From NCBI GenBank assembly GCA_944320665.1, contig CALUII010000001.1:13344-77343 (forward strand): DNA of 64,000 nt, read 5' to 3'. Shown in pieces: positions 58,095-64,000 of the stretch (position 1 is the stretch's first letter; each line of letters begins with the position of its first letter). The stretch is from an uncultured Alistipes sp. (GTDB lineage Bacteria > Bacteroidota > Bacteroidia > Bacteroidales > Rikenellaceae). The notes under the pieces are model-generated. The model was not told where the DNA came from and ran no database searches. It worked only from the letters and a program-made list of their open reading frames with translations. Made by a program: the position numbers and the translations under genes.

Positions 58095-59876
58095 ATGAAA
58101 TTCTGGAAAGCATTTCTTGCCTCGCTGCTGGCTGTCGTCGTGGGCAGCCTGCTGACCTTCTTCTTCTGGTTTTTCCTCCTCGTCGGGCTGCTCGGCGCGT
58201 TCGAGAAGCGTGCGCCGGTCGTTGGGCCGCAGTCGATTCTGAAGATCGACTTTTCGGACCTGGTGGTCGATTCGCCGACGGGAGATCCGCTGGCGCAGAT
58301 CGACCTCAACAACTTCGAGACCGTGCGGCGCGTGCCGCTGATGCAGGCCCTACGGGCGATTGCGGCCGCCGAGAGCGATCCGCGCATCGAGGGGATCTAC
58401 CTCCGGATGAACGGCCGCGGCGGGGTCGAGGGGACGGCTCTTTTGGAGGAGCTGCGTTCGGCGCTGCTCGACTTCAAGCGCAACAGCGGCAAGTTCGTCC
58501 TCGCCTACAACGAGACCTATAGCCAAGGGTCGTACTACCTGGCCACGGCCGCCGACCGCATCTACCTTCAGCCCGAGGGGGCGATGGACTGGCGCGGACT
58601 GGCGATGAACGTGATGTTCTACAAGGGGCTGCTCGACAAACTGGATCTCAAGGCCGAGGTCTTCCGTCCGACGGTCTGCAAGTACAAGAGTGCCGTCGAG
58701 CCCTACATTCTGAGCGGGATGTCCGAGGCCAACCGCCTGCAGATGCAGGCCGTGGCCGATTCGATGTGGGAGACGATCCTCGAGGCGGTGAGCACGACGC
58801 GCAACATTCCGGTCGACCGGCTCAATGCGCTGGCCGACGAGTTGGCCGTAGTCCTTCCGGAGGATGCACTTCGCTACGGTTTTGTCGACGGGCTGATCTA
58901 CGAGGACCAGATGTCGGATGTCTTTGCCGAGATGGGCTATGCGTTGTCCGCCTCGCCGACATACGTCACGCTCGGGGAGTACGCCGCGACGATCGGTCCC
59001 GACATGAAAAACTACGCTGCGCCGCAGGTGGCGGTCGTCTATGCCGACGGAGCGATCGTCGACGGCGAGGGGACCTACGGCCAGGTCTACGGCAATTCGC
59101 TGGCCCAGCTGCTGGCCGACGTGCGGGCCAACAGCCGCGTGAAGGCGGTCGTGTTGCGTGTGAACTCGCCGGGCGGCAGCGCCCTGGCCTCGGACGTGAT
59201 CTGGCGTGAGATGGAGCTGCTGCGTGCCGAGAAGCCGGTGATCGTATCGATGGGTTCGTATGCCGCCAGCGGCGGATACTACATCTCGTGTCCGGCCGAT
59301 GCGATTGTGGCCGACCGCATGACGCTCACGGGGTCGATCGGCGTCTACGGCATGTACCTCAACACGGTCGACGCGCTGAAGAACAAGCTGGGCATCACGA
59401 TCGACGGCGTGAAGACGAACCGTTCGGCCGACATGGGGATGACGGGGCGTCTGACACCGGCCGAACGTACGTCGGTCATGCGCGGTGTGGACAAGGTCTA
59501 TGCGACCTTCACGCAGCACGTGGCCGAGGGGCGCAATCTGCCGCTCGAACGCGTGCTTGACATTGCCGGCGGGCGAGTCTGGACGGGTTCCGACGCCCTG
59601 GGCATCGGATTGATTGACAGCTACGGCGGTCTGCGCGAGGCGATTGCCATCGCGGCCGACAAGGCCGAGTTGGGGTCGGCCGATTTCCGTGTGGTCGAGG
59701 TGCTGGGTGAGCCGGATCCCTTCATGGCCCTCTTCTCGTCGCTCTTCACCGAGGTGAAGGCCCACATCGAGGCTTCGGAACTGGGCGTGATGATGCGCGA
59801 ATACCGCAAGGTGCAGGAGGCGTTCGGCCAGACGGGCATCGTGATGTACGAGCCGCGCACGGTGCGCCTCGACTGA
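58095..59876 (+). CDS. sppA: signal peptide peptidase SppA (67K type)
   Basis: KYKSAVEP, LRVNSPGGS, SMGSYAASGGYYI, TGSIGV, GRVWTG. Confidence 0.95.
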   Translation: MKFWKAFLASLLAVVVGSLLTFFFWFFLLVGLLGAFEKRAPVVGPQSILKIDFSDLVVDSPTGDPLAQIDLNNFETVRRVPLMQALRAIAAAESDPRIEGIYLRMNGRGGVEGTALLEELRSALLDFKRNSGKFVLAYNETYSQGSYYLATAADRIYLQPEGAMDWRGLAMNVMFYKGLLDKLDLKAEVFRPTVCKYKSAVEPYILSGMSEANRLQMQAVADSMWETILEAVSTTRNIPVDRLNALADELAVVLPEDALRYGFVDGLIYEDQMSDVFAEMGYALSASPTYVTLGEYAATIGPDMKNYAAPQVAVVYADGAIVDGEGTYGQVYGNSLAQLLADVRANSRVKAVVLRVNSPGGSALASDVIWREMELLRAEKPVIVSMGSYAASGGYYISCPADAIVADRMTLTGSIGVYGMYLNTVDALKNKLGITIDGVKTNRSADMGMTGRLTPAERTSVMRGVDKVYATFTQHVAEGRNLPLERVLDIAGGRVWTGSDALGIGLIDSYGGLREAIAIAADKAELGSADFRVVEVLGEPDPFMALFSSLFTEVKAHIEASELGVMMREYRKVQEAFGQTGIVMYEPRTVRLD

Positions 59877-60153
59877 GGCGTGCGCCCCTCCTACCCTGCG
59901 CCGCGGCCCGTGCCGCCCGCAGCGGCGGCGCCGGGCCGATAAGCAGATAGCTGATACGTATTACGAAATGAGTACGCTTGCGGCGTCTCCCGTTACACAA
60001 CGAACGGGGGACGCCGTTACGTTTTGTCACCCCCCCTCCGGCATCTTGTGCCGCCGCAATCCCCCGTTCTCCCCGTCCCCCGCCTGCGTGCGGAGAGGTG
60101 AAAAAGGGCTGATTCGTTTGGGGATTGGCGGGCGGATGCTTATCTTTGTGCCT

Positions 60154-60609
60154 ATGGCAGTAATCAGATTGACCAAAGAATTCAGCTTCGAGGCGGCTCA
60201 CGCCCTCGAGGGCTACGACGGTGCCTGCCGCGAGATCCACGGCCATTCGTACCGTCTCTACGTCACGGTGAAGGGGTGCCCTTCGACGCGTCCCGACGAC
60301 CCGAAATACGGCATGGTGATGGACTTCGGCGTGCTCAAGCGCATCGTCCACGAGGAGATCGTCTCACGCCTGGACCATGCGCTCGTGCTGCGCCGCACCG
60401 AGGCGTCGGAGCCGCTGCTCGCGACGCTCCGCACGCGTTTCGGCAACGTGGTGACGACACCCTACCAGCCCACGTGCGAGAACATGCTGGCCGACTTTGC
60501 GGCACGCATCGCGCCGCGTCTGCCCGAGGGGGTGCGGCTCCATTCGCTGCGTCTCTTCGAGACGGCCACGTCGTGCGCCGAGTGGTGTGCCGAGGATAAC
60601 GAACTGTAG
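60154..60609 (+). CDS. queD: 6-carboxytetrahydropterin synthase
   Basis: FSFEAAH, CREIHGHSY, GMVMDF, LDH, PTCEN, LFET. Confidence 0.9.
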   Translation: MAVIRLTKEFSFEAAHALEGYDGACREIHGHSYRLYVTVKGCPSTRPDDPKYGMVMDFGVLKRIVHEEIVSRLDHALVLRRTEASEPLLATLRTRFGNVVTTPYQPTCENMLADFAARIAPRLPEGVRLHSLRLFETATSCAEWCAEDNEL

Positions 60610-60622
60610 CGACTCAACGCCC

Positions 60623-63600
60623 ATGCAATCCGACAAGAAAACGCTCTTTCTGGTCGATGCCTATGCATTGATCTTCAAGTACTATTACGCCTTCATGGGG
60701 CGTCCGATGCGCAACCGCGCGGGGATGAACACCTCGGTGGTCTTCGGCTTCACGAAGTTTCTGCGCGACATCCAGAAGCGCGAGCGTCCCGACCTGTTGG
60801 GCGTGGCGTTCGATCCGAAGGGCGGGTCGTTCCGCCGCGAGCTCTTCCCCGAGTACAAGGCCAACCGGGCCGAGACGCCCGAAGACATCCTCCTCTCGGT
60901 ACCCTACGTCAAGCGGGTGCTCGAGGCGATGTGCATTCCGATCCTCGAGGTCGAGGGCTACGAGGCCGACGACGTGATCGGCACGCTGGCCCACAAGGGG
61001 GCCGAGGCCGGTTACGAGGTCTATATGGTGACACCCGACAAGGACTACGGCCAGCTGGTCGATGACCACTGCCGCATCTACAAGCAGAAGGGCGACGGCA
61101 TCGAGATCGTCGACCGAGAGGCGATCCGCACGAAGTACGGCATCGACGATCCGACGCTCGTACGCGATATTCTGGCCATCTGGGGCGACGCTTCGGACAA
61201 CATTCCGGGTGTCCCGGGCATCGGCGAGAAGGGGGCCTGCAAGCTGGTGCAGCAGTGGGGTCCGGTGGAGCAGATCCTCGACCACCTCGGCGAGATCGGC
61301 GGCAAACAGGGCGAGAAACTGGCCGCCTGGGGCGACCGGCTTCGCCTGGCGAAGGATCTGACGACGATCCGCCTCGATGTTCCGATCGAGTTCCGGCCCG
61401 AGGAGCTTACGGTCTGCGCGCCGCATATCGACGCCTTGCAGGCGCTCTTTGCCGAGCTGGAGTTTCGCATGTTTGCGGGCGATCTGGCCAACCTTGCACC
61501 GCCCGAGCCGCTGCCCGACGGACCGCGCCAGGCGGCTCAAACGCAACTGGCCGAGGTGGCCCGAGCCAAATCCGCCGCTGCCCGCAAGGCGGCCCTTACG
61601 GGCCAGGGCGACCTCTTCGCCGCGCCGGCAGCCTCCCCAGCCCCGATTCCTGCCCCGACGGACCCGGTGCTCCCGGTGGATCCGGCGGCAGATCCGACCG
61701 GCGTTTCATCGGCGGCGGCCACAGCCGACGCAACGGCGGCCGCCACCGCTGCGGCCGCTGTGAATACGGCTTCGGTTGCCGATTCCGCTCCGCATGGGGA
61801 GGGTTCTGCCGCCGATGCATCGATGGCTGCATCCGTTGCATCTGCCACGGCGGCGGCCGCCTCATCGGCCGATGAGGCTTTGCTGCAGCAGCCCGACGTG
61901 GCCTTCGCCACGGCCCTCACCACGCCCCACGACTACCGCCTGGTGGCCGATGCCGACGAACTGCGGCGCGTGGTGGCTGAGGTGGCAACCCATTCCGAAT
62001 TCTGCTTCGACACCGAGACCACGGGCTTCGACCTCTTCAACGACCGCATCGTGGGGCTGTCACTCGCCGTCGAACCCTTCCGGGCGTGGTACATCCCCTT
62101 CACGCCCGAATGCACCGAAGCCTATGCTGCGATTCTGCGTCCGCTCTTTGCCGACGCCTCGATCGCCAAGATCGGCCAGAACATCAAGTTCGACCTGATG
62201 GTGCTGCGGCGCATCGGCATTGCGCTTGCCGGCCGCAGGTTCGACACCATGATCCTCCACTACCTGATCGACCCCGAGGGGCGCCACAACATGAACGCCT
62301 TGGCGATGCGTTACCTCAACTACCGTCCGATCGAGATCGAGACGCTGATCGGCCGCGGAGCGCGTCAGCTCACGATGGATATGGTTTCGCCCGAACGCGT
62401 GAAGGAGTACGCGGCCGAGGATGCCGACGTCACGCTGCGCCTCAAACAGGTGCTCTGGCCCGAGGTCGGACGCCTCGGCCTCGAGCACCTCTACACCGAG
62501 ATCGAGGAGCCGATGATCGAGGTGCTGGCCGATATCGAGGAGGCGGGCGTGCGGATCGACACGGCGGCGCTGGCGGCCTATGCCGTCGAGCTGAACGGGC
62601 GCATGTCGGCACTCGAGGCGGAGATCCGGCGTCTGGCCGACGACCCGACGCTCAACATCAATTCGTCGCGTCAGCTGGGTGAACTGCTCTTCGCGCGGAT
62701 GCGCATCGCCGAGAAGCCCAAGATGACCAAGACGAAGCAGTTCAGCACCGAGGAGGAGTACCTCCAGGGTTTTGCGCACAAACACCCGATCGTGGCGCTG
62801 ATCCTCGAATACCGCGGCGTGAAGAAGCTGCTGTCGACCTACGTCGAGGCGCTTCCGCAGCTGGTCAATCCGGCGACGGGGCGCATCCACACCTCGTTCA
62901 ACCAGGCCGTGACGGCCACCGGCCGCCTCTCGTCGACGAACCCCAACCTGCAGAACATTCCGGTGCGCGACGAGCTGGGGCGGCGCATCCGCGAGGCCTT
63001 CATCCCCTCGGACGACGAACACCTGCTGCTTTCGGCCGACTATTCGCAGGTCGAGCTGCGATTGATGGCCCACCTTTCGGGCGACGAGTCGCTCATTGCG
63101 GCCTTCGAACACGGCGAGGACATCCACGCGGCGACGGCGGCGCGCCTCTTCAACAAACCCCTTGCCGACGTGACTCCCGAGGAGCGCCGGCGGGCCAAGA
63201 CGGCCAATTTCGGCATCATCTACGGCATCTCGGCCTTCGGACTGAGCCAGCGGCTCGACATTCCGCGCAAGGAGGCCCGGGAGATCATCGACGGCTACTT
63301 CGCCTCCTACCCGAAGGTGAAGGAGTACATGGACCACGTGGTCGAGCGGGCGCGCGAGGAGGGCTTCGTCTCGACGATCTTCGGCCGTCGGCGCTACCTG
63401 AACGACATCACGTCGCGCAACGCCGTGGCGCGCGGGTTGGCCGAACGCAACGCCGTGAATGCCCCGATCCAGGGTTCGGCGGCCGACATCATGAAGATCG
63501 CCATGATCCGCGTGCACCGGGCCTTTGCACGCGAGGGGATCCGTTCGCGGGTGATCCTCCAGGTGCACGACGAACTGGTCGTGGACATGCGCCGTGACGA

Positions 63601-63712
63601 ACAGGAGCGCGTCATCGCCATCGTGCGCGAGGCGATGGAGTCGGCCGCGTCGCTGCGCGTACGTCTGGTGACCGACTGCGGCGTGGGTCGCAACTGGCTT
63701 GAGGCGCACTGA
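60623..63712 (+). CDS. polA: DNA polymerase I with Ala-rich linker insertion
   Basis: 5'-3' exonuclease (LVDAYAL, YKANR, EADDVIGT), FDTETTG, TGRLSSTNPNLQNIP, DYSQVELR, QVHDEL. Confidence 0.97.
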   Translation: MQSDKKTLFLVDAYALIFKYYYAFMGRPMRNRAGMNTSVVFGFTKFLRDIQKRERPDLLGVAFDPKGGSFRRELFPEYKANRAETPEDILLSVPYVKRVLEAMCIPILEVEGYEADDVIGTLAHKGAEAGYEVYMVTPDKDYGQLVDDHCRIYKQKGDGIEIVDREAIRTKYGIDDPTLVRDILAIWGDASDNIPGVPGIGEKGACKLVQQWGPVEQILDHLGEIGGKQGEKLAAWGDRLRLAKDLTTIRLDVPIEFRPEELTVCAPHIDALQALFAELEFRMFAGDLANLAPPEPLPDGPRQAAQTQLAEVARAKSAAARKAALTGQGDLFAAPAASPAPIPAPTDPVLPVDPAADPTGVSSAAATADATAAATAAAAVNTASVADSAPHGEGSAADASMAASVASATAAAASSADEALLQQPDVAFATALTTPHDYRLVADADELRRVVAEVATHSEFCFDTETTGFDLFNDRIVGLSLAVEPFRAWYIPFTPECTEAYAAILRPLFADASIAKIGQNIKFDLMVLRRIGIALAGRRFDTMILHYLIDPEGRHNMNALAMRYLNYRPIEIETLIGRGARQLTMDMVSPERVKEYAAEDADVTLRLKQVLWPEVGRLGLEHLYTEIEEPMIEVLADIEEAGVRIDTAALAAYAVELNGRMSALEAEIRRLADDPTLNINSSRQLGELLFARMRIAEKPKMTKTKQFSTEEEYLQGFAHKHPIVALILEYRGVKKLLSTYVEALPQLVNPATGRIHTSFNQAVTATGRLSSTNPNLQNIPVRDELGRRIREAFIPSDDEHLLLSADYSQVELRLMAHLSGDESLIAAFEHGEDIHAATAARLFNKPLADVTPEERRRAKTANFGIIYGISAFGLSQRLDIPRKEAREIIDGYFASYPKVKEYMDHVVERAREEGFVSTIFGRRRYLNDITSRNAVARGLAERNAVNAPIQGSAADIMKIAMIRVHRAFAREGIRSRVILQVHDELVVDMRRDEQERVIAIVREAMESAASLRVRLVTDCGVGRNWLEAH

Positions 63713-63847
63713 GTGCCGACGCCGGAAGGACGAAACGGAGCACGAAAAGGACTTCGTGCAGCGCTCCGTGCGGTGTGTGTGCCGCAGGAGGGGAACGGAA
63801 TTTGAGACGATCCGGGCAAATTGCATCTCTAAAACACAAGCAAAGCT

Positions 63848-64000
63848 ATGATCGCTAAAAAATTCCGTTATGCACTGCTTCTCGGCGTGCTGGCAGTCGT
63901 CGTGACGTCCTGCGAGAAGGAGCCGTCGCTCTCCTCGCTCGACGACGACTATCTGGTCTACACGGCCTCGGATCCGGCGGCCGATTTCTCACTCTACGAG
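63848..64000 (+). CDS. lipoprotein, DUF4136-like (5' part; runs off the window end)
   Basis: MIAKKFRYALLLGVLAVVVTSC lipobox then EKEPSLSSLDDDYLVYTASDPAADF. Confidence 0.6.
   Translation, partial: MIAKKFRYALLLGVLAVVVTSCEKEPSLSSLDDDYLVYTASDPAADFSLYE

Noticed and set aside
545-63826. Many long antisense or alternate-frame ORFs (e.g. 545-3148, 5993-8233, 20349-22523, 22942-25245, 34827-37517, 53014-55422)
   Set aside because: Shadows of real genes in high-GC DNA with biased codon usage. They lack family motifs and fully overlap well-supported CDSs.
1-64000. tRNA, rRNA, riboswitch or IS elements
   Set aside because: No cloverleaf/T-loop signatures, rRNA-like segments, recognisable aptamers or transposase ORFs were seen by eye; a covariance-model scan would be needed to exclude them.

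Overview
High-GC Bacteroidota chromosome segment, most like Alistipes/Rikenellaceae (inferred from gene content and TAnnTTTG promoters). It is origin-proximal: two perfect parS palindromes follow mnmG, and an oriC-like intergenic region with DnaA boxes and DnaA-trio-like repeats lies between nadA and mrp. Most genes are housekeeping: a truncated dcw cluster, glsA/glsB, kdsC, comEC, an mqnA-like gene, corA, pgk, pepO, a two-component pair, pheS, ybeY, mnmG, ilvE, metG, dpp7, nadA, mrp, sppA, queD and polA. The standout is a compact 9.2 kb, 10-gene, single-strand operon of phage virion genes (17504-26748): tail-completion-like, two tail/hub-like, HTH, Clp-type prohead protease, major capsid, tail-tube-like, portal, DUF6712-like adaptor and holin. 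It has no integrase, replication, repressor, terminase, tape-measure or endolysin gene. It looks host-like in composition, has a host sigma-A-type promoter whose leader carries DnaA-box-like repeats, and ends just before comEC. It is a candidate domesticated gene-transfer-agent (GTA)-like system. All family calls come from motif recognition by eye; no searches were run.
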